Positions 11,984-23,237 of a DNA stretch of 64,000 nt are shown piece after piece. Positions within the stretch are counted from its first letter, which is position 1; each line of letters starts with the position of its first letter. Origin of the DNA: Tricharina praecox (lineage: Eukaryota); the NCBI RefSeq assembly GCF_024521635.1, contig NW_026250422.1, positions 1 through 64,000 of the forward strand, read 5' to 3'. Made by a program: the position numbers and the translations under genes. The notes under the pieces were generated by a model that was not told the DNA's origin, did no database searches, and was given only the letters and a program-made list of their open reading frames with translations.

Positions 11984-14122
11984 ATGGACTCCTCGACGCA
12001 CGTTTCCGGTCCCCCGGCACTTCCCTGGTCCGTCCGCCTCACCGTCTCCGCTCCGGCGAACACTCCCGCGTCCCTCGCTGGCGATAAGATTCTCCTGCCG
12101 CAGTCGGCTTTGGAGCAGCTGATCCTTGCGGCGGAGCAGGCCCCCGCCGCGCCCGAGAACCCACACGACCCGTGGGTTCGGCCGCAGGCCCGCAGAGATG
12201 CGTTTCTGCCACACCCGATGATCGTGAAGCTCCTGTACCGGCCAACGGGGGTGAGCGTGTACGCCGTCCCGCGCGAGTTCTCGGCGGAGGAGGGCGAGGT
12301 TGTTGCCTCGGCGTTTTTGCGCGGGGCTCTGGGGCTGCCGGAGGATGAGAAGGCCGAAGTTGATGTCGAGGCGGCGAGTTTGCCAAAGGGCACGAGGGTG
12401 AGACTCAGGCCGCTCGAGGCGGGCTACGACGATGAGGATTGGAAGCCGATTCTGGAGAGATACATCCGTGAACGGTTTGCGACGGTGGCGGAGGGAATGG
12501 TGCTTGAGGTCCCGAGGGGCGTGGGCAAGAGGGGCAACTGGAGGTTTCTGGTGGATCAGGCGCTGCCGGGTGGGGCCGTGTGTGTGGTCGATACTGATCT
12601 GGAGGTCGATATCGAGCCGCTGGATGAAGAGCAGGCTAGGGAGACGCTGAAGCGGAGGCTGCAGAAGCAGAGTTCCGGCGGGAAGGTCAAGCTGGAGCAG
12701 ACGGTTGGGGGCGAGATGGAGGCGGGAGACGAACACTATTACGAGCTGGAGGATTGGGATCGCACTAGGCCGCTGGAAATAGAGCTGGAGGGCGACGGCT
12801 TGGTCGAGGGAGAGGATGTGGATGTTTTCGTCACGACGGATCGCCAGCACCACAGGCCACGGTTCGAGAAATACGTCTGGGGAGATATGGGCACGACTTT
12901 CCCGAAGCGGATACACCTCATGCCAGGCGATGCTGAGTTGGAAGGGGCGAAGACGCTTCACATTGGGATCAGAGGGTGGAAGAATCCCTACGAAGACGAA
13001 GTCGAAACGTCGGAAACCGCAACACCTCGGCGTTACACCCTCTTCGTCACTCAGGCTGAGATATCTAATCCATCTGCCAACACCGCCGGCGCTTCTCCGG
13101 TAGCCCCCTCGCCCGATCACAAGCAATGCAAAAACTGCACGCAGTGGATTCCCTCGCGCACATTCTTCCTCCACGAATCCTTTTGCCTGCGCAACAACGT
13201 CCACTGCCCGCTGTGTAACTCGGTCTTCAAGCGAGGTACCGAAGAAGCACACTGGCACTGCCCGGACTGTAGCGCCCACGGCAACCACCCGTCCTCGCGC
13301 CTCAAACATACCCTGACAACGCACACCCCCCACTCCTGTTCTAGCTGTCCCTACGTCGCCACCTCCCTCTACGACCTCGCATCGCACCGCACCAGCATCT
13401 GCCCGGATAAACTAATCCTCTGCGGCTTCTGCCACCTTCTCGTCTCGCAGGAAGGCAGCGACTACCCCTCGGCCGAACAAATCCTGACCGGCCTCTCGCA
13501 CCACGAGCTGCAGTGCGGAGCGCGAACCACCGAGTGCAACATTTGCAGCCGACGCACACGCCTCCGCGACATGTCCGTGCACCTGAGGGACCACACCATG
13601 CAGCGGCTGTCGCGTCCGCTACCCACGATCTGCGCAAACGTGCAATGCTACCGCTCCCCCGCCTCTTCCCAGAATGCGCTGCGCCTCTGCGACGTCTGCT
13701 TCGGGCCGCTGTACTCGCCCAACCACGATCCGACCGGCTCCGCGCTGCAGAACCGCGTGGAGCGGAAGCTCCTCCGGCAGTTTCTTGCCGGCTGCGGAAA
13801 GAGCTGGTGCCGCAGCACGCTGTGTAAGAGCGGCCGCAGCAATGTGGGCGTGGCGGAGGAAAAGCTCGGCGCCAAAGAGGCCATGCCGCTCATCAAAGCG
13901 CGGCTTGCGTGCGCGGAGGTTCCGCTTTGCGTTGATGAGATGACAGCAAGGAGGAGGGATATGGCCGAGGTTCTGGAGATTCAGAGTGTGGCCGATGCCG
14001 AGGACGGGAAGGGCGGATATGCCCTGCAGTTCTGCTGTCGCGCCGTCGAGGCTGCTAATGGCGATTTGGAGGGCGCCAGGAGGTGGTTGGGAAGGGAGGG
14101 AGTTCGCGCTGGGGAGCGGTAG
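11984..14122 (+). CDS. UFD1-domain protein with multiple Zn fingers, an AZUL-like Cys motif and a UBA-like C-terminus
   Basis: Intronless 712-aa ORF. GDKILLPQSALEQL, REFSAEEG, LPKGTRVRLRPL and VCVVDTDLEVDIEP (UFD1 N-domain); repeated CxxC..H..C fingers; C-terminal GCGKSWCRSTLC and CCRAVEAANGDLEGARRWL. Confidence 0.88.
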   Translation: MDSSTHVSGPPALPWSVRLTVSAPANTPASLAGDKILLPQSALEQLILAAEQAPAAPENPHDPWVRPQARRDAFLPHPMIVKLLYRPTGVSVYAVPREFSAEEGEVVASAFLRGALGLPEDEKAEVDVEAASLPKGTRVRLRPLEAGYDDEDWKPILERYIRERFATVAEGMVLEVPRGVGKRGNWRFLVDQALPGGAVCVVDTDLEVDIEPLDEEQARETLKRRLQKQSSGGKVKLEQTVGGEMEAGDEHYYELEDWDRTRPLEIELEGDGLVEGEDVDVFVTTDRQHHRPRFEKYVWGDMGTTFPKRIHLMPGDAELEGAKTLHIGIRGWKNPYEDEVETSETATPRRYTLFVTQAEISNPSANTAGASPVAPSPDHKQCKNCTQWIPSRTFFLHESFCLRNNVHCPLCNSVFKRGTEEAHWHCPDCSAHGNHPSSRLKHTLTTHTPHSCSSCPYVATSLYDLASHRTSICPDKLILCGFCHLLVSQEGSDYPSAEQILTGLSHHELQCGARTTECNICSRRTRLRDMSVHLRDHTMQRLSRPLPTICANVQCYRSPASSQNALRLCDVCFGPLYSPNHDPTGSALQNRVERKLLRQFLAGCGKSWCRSTLCKSGRSNVGVAEEKLGAKEAMPLIKARLACAEVPLCVDEMTARRRDMAEVLEIQSVADAEDGKGGYALQFCCRAVEAANGDLEGARRWLGREGVRAGER

Positions 14123-14652
14123 ACTGCTTTTACTCATGTACGAAGCGGATGGGCTTGATTCCCTTGATTGTTTTTTTTCTCTTCATTTTTTTTGCGGGAG
14201 TTGAGGTATGATACACAGATTTTATGGTAATTGGCTTTGATGGATGGACACTTGAGGATAGTGATGGACAGTCACTTGAGATAGGGATCGATGAAGATAG
14301 ACATACTTGTACAAGGCGATAATAGACAACCCATTATTATTACATCGTCCGTGAACTCATCAATGCCGCTTCATGCTTCGATCCATATAGGCCCATAGTC
14401 CTGTAATATGCCCAGGCGCGCGGGTAACCAAGCCCCAGTGCCCACAGCCTCAGCGCATTTCTGCAGGGCCCGGCCCAGTGCGATAAAGCGCACGGACCAC
14501 GCACTACCGGGCGCAACATCTCTTTCCAAACTTTCTTTCAACCACGCAGGGTACGCAGCATCCCCCACCACCAGCAGCACCAGCAGCACCAGCAGCACCA
14601 CCACCGCCGCCGTCCCGCGCAATCCACAACCAACCAAAAGCAATTTCTCGCA

Positions 14653-16488
14653 ATGGGCGAAACAGAACCCAATGCGCCCGCCGCCGGCAGCGACACAGTG
14701 CGCCTACACATAACCCCGCTCACCACGGCGACCGCCGCATCGATCCTGCCGGCCGGCACAGACCTGTCGACGATATCGTTCCACGCGCTGCCGACGTTCC
14801 CGGAGGCGTCGTACGGCTTCGTGGACCTGCCCGTCGATGCCGCGAACAAGCTGAAAAAGAAGCTGCACGGCGCCATATTCCGCGGTGTCAAGGTCCGCGT
14901 GCAGGAGGCGCGGGCTGAGGAGTGGAAGAAACGAACGGTTGAGGAGGTGCCCGAGGACAACGGGAAGGTGGGGCAGAAGAAACGGAAGAGGGCCCGTGAG
15001 GAGGGCGTCCTGGAGGGGTTTGAGATCGGCGATAGGAGTGTCGTCCGTGGCTGGGCGGAGAAGATTGATAGAGGCAAGGATGGGGAGAAGAAGAAGAGGA
15101 AGGAACGAGGGGAGTGCTTGTTCAAGGTTGTTATTCCGCCGAACAAGACGGATAATGATGTCAAGAAGGAGAAGAAAAAAGAGCTGAGTAAGGAGGAGAA
15201 GAAGGAGGAGAAGAAGGCGGAGAAGAGGGAAGGAAAGGATAAGAAGAAGAAGAAGGTGGTGAAGGAGTTTGATCATCTGGAAAAATTCCCGCAGTTTTTG
15301 AAGATCAGCCAGCTCGATATGACGAGGGGTAAGGAGTCGCTTGCTGCCGAGTTTGTGGAGGATGTAGGCTGGGTGGATGCAAAGGGGGAGATTGTTGAGC
15401 TGCCGCCAAAGAAGAAGGAGAAGAAGCAGAAGAAAGAGAAGAAGGAGGAGAAGAAGGAGAAGAAGAAGGAGGAAGCCCCGGAGCCCGCGGTGGAGGAGAC
15501 GGCAACGCCTGGTATCGTGGATTTTACCGAGGATATCGCCGTGGATATCGAGTCTATTGCCGAAGCCATGGATATCGACGACAATGTGTCTGTTAGCTCT
15601 GAAGAGGTGTTCGCCGACGTTTCCGATAATGTCGAAGAGTCGTCGGAAACCGCGAAAGAGGACGAGAAGGAAGAGCAGGACACGATGGCTGCCGCGGATG
15701 CAGACTCTTCCTCCGAATCGGAGGATGACGGGCAAGAAGAGGACGAGGATATGGCCGAAGACGACAGCAAATCCTTCGTTTCCAAAACAGAACCCGAATC
15801 GAAAGCCGAGGAACCCGCACCTGCCAAAGTCCTCTCTACTCCTGCCAAAGGAAAGCAGGTCATGTCACATACCTCTCTCCCGCCGCTCGCCATCCACCCT
15901 CTCGAAGCCCTCTACAAACCCGCCGCCCTCGATTCGGACGCAGACCCAACCGAAGCTTCCGGAGCCAACGTGAGCGCTTTCAAATTCGGGTTCGGCGGTG
16001 ATGCCGAGGATTCGGACGACGACGTGGCGCCCGTCTCGACACCCTACCGCGACCCGGGACGTTACCGCTCCTCGGCGCCAACTCCCGACACAGCCATCGG
16101 TACTAAGCGCTTCTTCTCTCCCGCTTCGATCTCCGATGACTCCGGCGGCGAGTTTTATCCCACCACCCCCCACACGACATCTTCGAGCAACGTCATCTCC
16201 GACGCCCCGCTGCTGTTTCTACACGAGGAGAGCAGGTTCCTGAAGGGTCTGAGCCTGTGGCAGCAGCTGCCACAGCCTACCGCTTTGAAGCCGGTTGAGG
16301 AGCCAGCAAAAGAAGAGGAGGGTGAGGCCAAGTTGATTACCGACCCCGTGGAGATATGGAAGAAGCGCTTTTACGAGTCACGCGGGGAATGGAATCGCGA
16401 TTGGAAGAGGAGGCGTAAGGAAGGGCTGAAGGCGAAGAGGAAGAGGGAGCGCACCGGACCGGGTGGGAGTGGGGCTAATAGGGCGTGA
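14653..16488 (+). CDS. Putative nucleolar protein: N-terminal RRM-like domain, Lys/Glu-rich and acidic tracts
   Basis: 611-aa ORF; VRLHITPL...YGFVDLP...LKKKLHGAIFRGVKVRVQEAR (RRM-like), poly-K/E tracts, basic C-terminus FYESRGEWNRDWKRRRKE. Confidence 0.8.
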   Translation: MGETEPNAPAAGSDTVRLHITPLTTATAASILPAGTDLSTISFHALPTFPEASYGFVDLPVDAANKLKKKLHGAIFRGVKVRVQEARAEEWKKRTVEEVPEDNGKVGQKKRKRAREEGVLEGFEIGDRSVVRGWAEKIDRGKDGEKKKRKERGECLFKVVIPPNKTDNDVKKEKKKELSKEEKKEEKKAEKREGKDKKKKKVVKEFDHLEKFPQFLKISQLDMTRGKESLAAEFVEDVGWVDAKGEIVELPPKKKEKKQKKEKKEEKKEKKKEEAPEPAVEETATPGIVDFTEDIAVDIESIAEAMDIDDNVSVSSEEVFADVSDNVEESSETAKEDEKEEQDTMAAADADSSSESEDDGQEEDEDMAEDDSKSFVSKTEPESKAEEPAPAKVLSTPAKGKQVMSHTSLPPLAIHPLEALYKPAALDSDADPTEASGANVSAFKFGFGGDAEDSDDDVAPVSTPYRDPGRYRSSAPTPDTAIGTKRFFSPASISDDSGGEFYPTTPHTTSSSNVISDAPLLFLHEESRFLKGLSLWQQLPQPTALKPVEEPAKEEEGEAKLITDPVEIWKKRFYESRGEWNRDWKRRRKEGLKAKRKRERTGPGGSGANRA

Positions 16489-16885
16489 GCATGTGTCAAA
16501 AGTCGTTTGCTTGAGTAGATATCCCGTGTAGTAATGCGGATTTGGGAATTGCGTGTGCTGGCTTGTACTTGTATTATGTGCATTCGATTGTCGGAATCAA
16601 TTGCTCGTGTTTATAGCAGTAAGTGCTCTACAGATACAAACGTGCAGATGTGCAAATGTGCAGTTGTGATCCATTACCACCCACTCTCTTGCCCGGTGAT
16701 TCAGCTGTCACCTTGTGTGTCTCGTGCATTTCGTCTCCACAATTCTCGGGCTGTTACTTGGTCAGCCCGCAACCCCCACATGCCAAAAGAGAGGAACGCC
16801 ATACAGACTCCCTTTCGGACAGCGTCCAAGTCAAAACATCCAACTTCCATATCTCCCATTCTCCCATGTACACCGACGCCCACTC

Positions 16886-17512
16886 CTACTGCACTTCATC
16901 TTCAAACAGGTCCTCCAGCAACTCGACCACTCTCCTCCTCCACTCGGCGAGCCTCACAGGATCGCCATAATCGACGCCCTCACAAAACAGCGGCACGCCC
17001 AGCTTCGCCATCTCCCTCTCCATCTGCCTAACCATCTCCCTAGTCTTCGTCCAGACCATGCGATCGAACTCCTTCAGCTCCTGCTCGGCGCTGGTCGCCG
17101 GCGCCGCCACCTTCGTCCCCATCAGCGCCGACAGCCGCGCTTCGGTCGCCGCGCGCTCCGCGTGTCGACGCTGCAGCACCGAGCGCTCGCTGAAGTAGTG
17201 GCGCTCTTTGGCGTGCTGCCAGCCGCGCAGTGAGCGCAGCGCGGCGCCCACGGATGGGTCCGATAGTAGGTGCTGGGTTATGTAGCGGTGCGCCGCGGGG
17301 AGGGTCGTGATGCTGCGGGGGTCGGGCGGGCGCGTGGGTGCTGCGGACGGCGGAGGGAATGGTTGCTGCTGTTGCTGCTGCTGCGGAGCCTGGGGTGGTG
17401 GCTGCTGCTGTGCCTGCTGGTATGATTGCGCTGGTGGGTGCTGTGCGAGAGACGGATTCAGCGCGGCAAGGATCTCGGAGAGCTTGTTTTGGACGTGGAT
17501 GTCGTTCGCCAT
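16886..17512 (-). CDS. DUF2458-family protein
   Basis: Likely ATG at 17512 (MANDIHVQ...). DPRSITTLPAA, QHAKERHYFSER, ELKEFDRMVW, LGVPLF and RRRVVELLEDL motifs. Confidence 0.75.
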   Translation of the reverse strand: MANDIHVQNKLSEILAALNPSLAQHPPAQSYQQAQQQPPPQAPQQQQQQQPFPPPSAAPTRPPDPRSITTLPAAHRYITQHLLSDPSVGAALRSLRGWQHAKERHYFSERSVLQRRHAERAATEARLSALMGTKVAAPATSAEQELKEFDRMVWTKTREMVRQMEREMAKLGVPLFCEGVDYGDPVRLAEWRRRVVELLEDLFEDEVQ

Positions 17513-19016
17513 CGTGTCGCAAGCTGTGGGGGGTGGAAGTCGCGCCGCGCGGTGTCGTGGTGATGGAGACGCGTTCCTAGGTGTGTAGCTAGAGTAGGTG
17601 CAGGTAGTGTGGTGAGGTGGGACAACGTCATTCTCGGTAAGTTCCATCGCGAGCTTGACACTAGCTGTCACTCATGATCAGGTGTTTTCACGCAAGAGTT
17701 TGCGGTTTCGAGTTGGGTGGAACTGAAGTTTGCGAGCGAGAAAAACACAATTTCAACCAGCTTCGGCCAGCTTTGAGAGCCCCAACGTCGCGGATGGCCT
17801 ACGCCCTCCACCGAATCGTCAATTGTCAATGATATTGGGGTCGGCTCCGGCGGCCGTGGAGAACATTGCTTTCGGTGGATTATGAGCGATACTCGACGGC
17901 CTACTGCCATCTTCAGCAAGATGGAAAGTCTTCTATCGCGTAACTAGGTAGCCCACAGTTCTATGAAAGACATTACTACCTGTCACGTCAAAGCCAGGTA
18001 TAGAAGTGGTCAAGTATGTGGTTTTGAAACAGCAAAGCAAGCTCTCGGGTTGAATCCTCATTGAGACTCATTGTGCCCGTGCACCCAGACGGGGGAAGAA
18101 AGAGAGAGGTTCGGGGAAGGAGGGGGATTCATTGATTAGTAACTCGGTACATCTTGCGTTTTATACTCTCGGTGTGCTGCCGTGGAGCCGGCACGGCTGT
18201 CGAGGTGGGGTCGATCCGTAACGATGACTTGCGCGAATGTTGAGTTAGTAACATGTAGTGAGGAATTTAACGCGAGGACAGCACGATCTTCTACCTATGG
18301 TAGGTCACCAAGGAAGACCACCCCGATGGAATCAAACACTGGATATCGTTCATGGGAATCATCAGCCATCCACATCACAAAAATGGAATTTGTACTAATC
18401 AGCCTATCGAGTGATGACATATGATCGGATTCATTCACGAGTCATTTGCCGTGAGGATGGGGGGTCTCTACTAGTACTCGCTGGTTGAGAGGCGATGCGG
18501 ACTCTATTAGCCTTACGCTCACTATCTCGATTACACTCCCACTCCGTTAGAAAACCATCAAGGTTTGTATTTATTTTATTTGTTAAATCGTTGATTGCAT
18601 AGAAAACCATCAAGGGATTCCGTGCATTACGTCACGTGTCCAAGATGAGTGACTCGCTGAGCGTCATCCCGGATGTCTTGGCACGCTGGGCACCATTGAC
18701 TAGGCTTCCTTGAGGCGACCGCTACTCTGCTCGAGTAGAAGCTTGCTCCGCCTACCTTGCGAATTCAAGACCAACCGCCGGCTCCGCCTCCTGTCTCATC
18801 CAGCGCCCGATTCCTGTTACCTTAATAACCCTCCTTCGTGTCATATTGCACAGCTTCGCTCTCTGTCCTTCTGCTGTATCCCTGTTACCCTTCTCTTCCT
18901 TTCTTTCCTTCACACCTCATACTCCACGTCGCTTGTCTTCGCCTGCGCTGTAGTTGCATTACCTTTCTCCCTCGCCACCCAACCTTCCATCCCCTGCCCC
19001 CGTACCTATTCTCATA

Positions 19017-19898
19017 ATGGCGACCGTCGCGGCTAACAAACGGGTGCGTATCTGAACCTCAACTCATCTTTCCTCGCGCTCCGATGCTTACTCTACCTGT
19101 CCTTCTTAGCTACAACGCGAGTACAAAGCCATCGCCGCGAATCCTCCGCCGTACATCAGCGCGCACCCCTCGGAAACAAACATCCTAGAATGGCACTACC
19201 TGCTCGAGGGACCACCCGCGACCCCGTACGAAGGCGGCCAGTTCTGGGGAACCCTCGTCTTCCCCCCCGACTACCCGTTCAAGCCCCCCGCGATCCGCAT
19301 GATTACCCCGTCCGGACGCTTCCAGACCTCGACCCGGCTGTGCCTGTCGATCTCCGATTTCCACCCCAAGAGCTTCAATCCTGCGTGGGAGGTGTCGACG
19401 ATTCTGATCGGCCTGCTGAGCTTCATGACCAGCGAGGAGATGACCACTGGCAGTATCAGCGCGAGCGAACGCGAACGTAAGGTTCTCGCGCAGAACAGCC
19501 GGTGGTGGAATTCTACGGGCGGCGGAAGTGCGGTGCGACGCTCGGATGGCACTATCGTCCATGCAGGAACGGTGATGCCGGGAAGGAAGGTGGGGCTGGG
19601 GGATGCTGGCAAGAGATTTCGCAACGAGTGGCCGGAGATCGACGTTGAGAACTGGAAGTGGATCGATGCCAACAAGATCGATGTTCTAACGGGCGGTATC
19701 CCTGTTGCGGCTGCGGCGAAGGAGCAAGCGGTTGTCAGGAGGCGGGCTCCACCGGCTTCTGCCATCCTGGCGAGTGGGGGGCCTGCTGCGGGTGCTGCGG
19801 TTGTGGCTAGAGGCGAGGGATGGCTGAGGAGGCATCGTCTCGTGGTCGGACTGATGGTGGTGGTGGGCTACGTGTTGCTGGCCAGGGCATTCGAGTAG
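19017..19898 (+). CDS. UBC6: ER-anchored ubiquitin-conjugating enzyme E2 (Ubc6/UBE2J2)
   Basis: Exon 1 MATVAANKR, intron 19044-19109, then LQREYK...NILEWHY...YPFKPPAIRMITPSGRF..RLCLSISDFHP..NPAW; C-terminal TM anchor. Confidence 0.95.
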
Positions 19899-20679
19899 GG
19901 ATCGGAGAACTGGGGATCGTTGGTTGACCGAGACCGCGCCGAGGAATGAGGGTTTCCTTTACGTTTTATTCGATCGTTGGATTCCGCCGGTCCTTTAATC
20001 TGACCACAACGTCTTTTCTTTCTTTCTCCGTTGGACTTACTTTTGCCTCAATTTCCCTCTCGGTTCGACTTTTGCGGCACGGGTTTCTTTTGCGCTTTGT
20101 ATTTCTGTACGGTTTCGGGTGTGTTTCTTACGTTGGTTCTTTTTGCGGGGCTTTCACCGTTTACGTTTGTGGGGGGCAGCGAGCATGACCGCAGCAAGAT
20201 AGCTGCTTCTGTGCTCATTCGTGGCCTGCTACAAACCAACCTGGTCGGGCCTGTCTCGTATGTCTGTCTGTAGTCACTGATGGATCTCGACAATTTGCCA
20301 TAGATAAGTGGGTGTGCTTCTATCTTACCGCGTGACGAGTCGTTGTTGCACAGTGACTGAGTTTCGCCCCACTAAACGATGGCTTCCATGCGAGCTGAAA
20401 CAAGGCTCGCCGTAGCGAATCGGAATCCAATTTTGTCTCCGCCAATCGTGTTGCCCGAACTCGCCTGGCAGCCGGCAACTGCTGCCTGCTGTGAAGGAAC
20501 AGACAGAAGCACGTGCGACCACTCTGCCACTCTCCGGGTAATCCACTGTGCCCACAACCCTTCAGTCCCGCTTCCCGACCCTCCCCGGCCGAAATTAACC
20601 ACCTCGGCCGCCCGCCACACGCTACGTAATCGCACATTCCCGCGACAGCAGCAGCAGCAGCCATCCCGCAGCCCCCCCA

Positions 20680-22404
20680 ATGGCGTCACCTCTCTCCCCC
20701 GACGACGATGTATGTCCGCCCCCCCGCCCTGCGCTACCCCTCACCCAAAGAGATTGAGACCGAGACTAACCAATGCTCACACGACACCACAGGTCTTTGA
20801 TCGTCTCAAAGCGTCCGCCGATCCCGAGGTCGTCTCGGAGCGCGAAAAGGCTGTGCAGGAGCGAGTCCGTGCGCAGTACGAGAAGGCGCAGAGGCGCCTT
20901 GCCGGGCTGGTATTGCTTCAATGCATACCTTTCGACGTTGCGGGACGTAGAGGACGCTGACGGGAACAGATCGAAGACAATTCCACGCTGCCGGTCAACA
21001 TCGCTGATATCCGGATACATGGAACGAAGATCACAAGGGAGGGGTTCTTGAAGAGTGTGTTTGCGGATGCGCTCAAGGAGGAGAAGCAGAAGTCTTATAC
21101 ACTGAAGACCGTAATGGAGGAGCTGCAGAGGACGACGGATAAGCTGCATCGGTTCGGTGGGTCCAAGCTTGGGGGGGTGGTGGGCCTGTTGTGGTTGTGC
21201 TGATGGTCCCGAAGGTATTTTCCACCCGACGATAAACATGTACCTCGACCAGGCACACTCGTCCAGCGGCACGGCACTCTCAGCACTTCTTACGGTCCAG
21301 GAGCGAGGAAGGTTGGTGTTGAAGACGGGAACGGAGCTCGGCAATGCCGAGGGTGGGGGATACTTGAATGCTACACTACGCAATGTCTTCGGTGGTGCGG
21401 AAAGTATCTATGCCTCGGCAACCACCGCCACATCTACCGCCGACGTCGGCGCTCGCTCCCGTTCCTCCTACGAACTCGCTTTCGCGACCCCTATCGCCGC
21501 GAACCCGGACACCGTTGCGGAAGTCGCTGGATTTTCGTCGGCCCGGAGCAACCACTTCTTTGCATCCCACGAGGAAGCGACCCAGGGTGTTCGCGCAGGC
21601 TTGCGCTTTCTGAGTAGCCACGGCTCCCACGAACTCGGATACACCGGCGCATGGCGACAAGTCACCAACCTCTCCGACGGAGCCTCGCCCACCATCCGTG
21701 AAGATGCCGGCGACACCGTAAAATCCTCCATCACGCACACCTTCACCACCGACACGCGCGACAACAAGCTCCTCCCTATGACCGGTTCGCTCTTCCGCAA
21801 CATAACCGAGCTCGCCGGACTCGGCGGCGACGTCTCCTTCCTCAAGAACGAGCTCGAAGCGTCCCGGTCCCACCCGCTCGCCCACGGAATCTCCTTCTCC
21901 GCCGGCCTCCGCGCCGGAGTCATCGTTCCCCTCCCGGGGCTTTCCGAAGGCACACCCGCGCGTCCCTCGCGTATAAACGACCGCTTCTTCCTCGGCGGCG
22001 CCACCGACATCCGCGGCTTCCGCGAGAACGGCATCGGGCCGCGCGACGGCAACGATGCCGTCGGCGGCGACGTATACCTCGCCGGCGGCGCATCCGTGTT
22101 CTTCCCGCTACCCCGCCTCGGCGTCGACTCCCCCTTCCGCCTACAAGCATTCGTCAACGGCGGCCGTCTCGTCGCGCTCCAGAAACCGGCCGATGGCGAG
22201 AAATCATCCACCACCACCACCACCCTCCTGGATGCGGTGAAGGAGGTCGGAGTGGGCCTGCCGAGTATTGCGGCTGGCGTCGGACTGGTCTATGCCCACC
22301 CCGTAGCGCGGTTTGAATTGAACTTTGCCCTGCCCGTGGTTAAGCGCGAGAATGAGCGTGCCAGGAAGGGGCTGCAGTTTGGTGTCGGAATTAGCTTTTT
22401 GTAG
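20680..22404 (+). CDS. SAM50: Mitochondrial outer-membrane beta-barrel insertase Sam50/Tob55 (Omp85 family)
   Basis: Four exons (introns approx. 20710-20792, 20910-20969, 21157-21213). RNVFGGAE, DRFFLGGATDIRGF, GGDVY, ARFELNF and the beta-signal end GLQFGVGISFL. Confidence 0.93.
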
Positions 22405-23237
22405 TGAGCAGCGTATGTAGGATATACTTGTGCGTTGTGCCTGGGCGAGGAAAAATGGGACATCTTTTGTATTATGGATTGGATTGCGGGAGGGGAACGT
22501 GGATGGATCGATCAGTACCTAGAGGGAATAGATGCGGCTGTACTGCGAAATGGATATGGATATGGATATGGAGTTGGTGGTGGTATCCGTGAATCGGTTG
22601 GGCAGGGTCGTTGACTCGGCGGTAGAGACGTCTCCGCGCAGAGAAATATCCCATCATTGTTAGAACCGTGGTATCTCACTGTATCATCAGAAACATCAGG
22701 TAATTCTCACTCGGTTCTGGAAGTTCTGTATCACAGCCATCACTCGATTATAGCGAGTGATATCCCATGCATTCTCAGCAGCGCGGCCCTAACAAGTACC
22801 TAGCCCACCTGCAGACCGCAGTTCTTCCGAACGCACAATATTACGCGGTGTCCAGAATACCAGAGAACTACCAGAGAACTACCCTATTCGCACAACAGCG
22901 TAGTGCAGAGAAAACGTCGTCTTGCAAATCACGCAGTTCCTGGACTGTAGTAAAACTATGACGACAAGCGTCCTTCGGAAGAAATTCCCTGCTGAGCAGA
23001 ATGCTCCGGTCACTGAGTCCGGTATGCATACGGTAGGAAACCTATAGTTTCAACAATACGTACTGTGAGTAAGACGTGCTGTACGCAAGCAAACATTTAC
23101 GACATTCTTGTAGTGCAGGGAGTTCTGTAGGCCTACGGAATAAATACTGAAAATTTTATTATCATAATCGGCGTTATAGACATAAGTTCCTCTTTCCATC
23201 CTCCTCGTAACAAACACACTCATACCTATGCGCAGGC

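Noticed and set aside
11960..13387. 475-aa minus-strand ORF (also 14704-15735, 21468-22223, 61679-62818)
   Set aside because: Antisense shadows of real genes, with no motifs of their own
22640..23160. AGAACT/AGTTCT-rich segment as a MITE
   Set aside because: Motif clustering is visible, but I could not define termini, a TSD or a second copy
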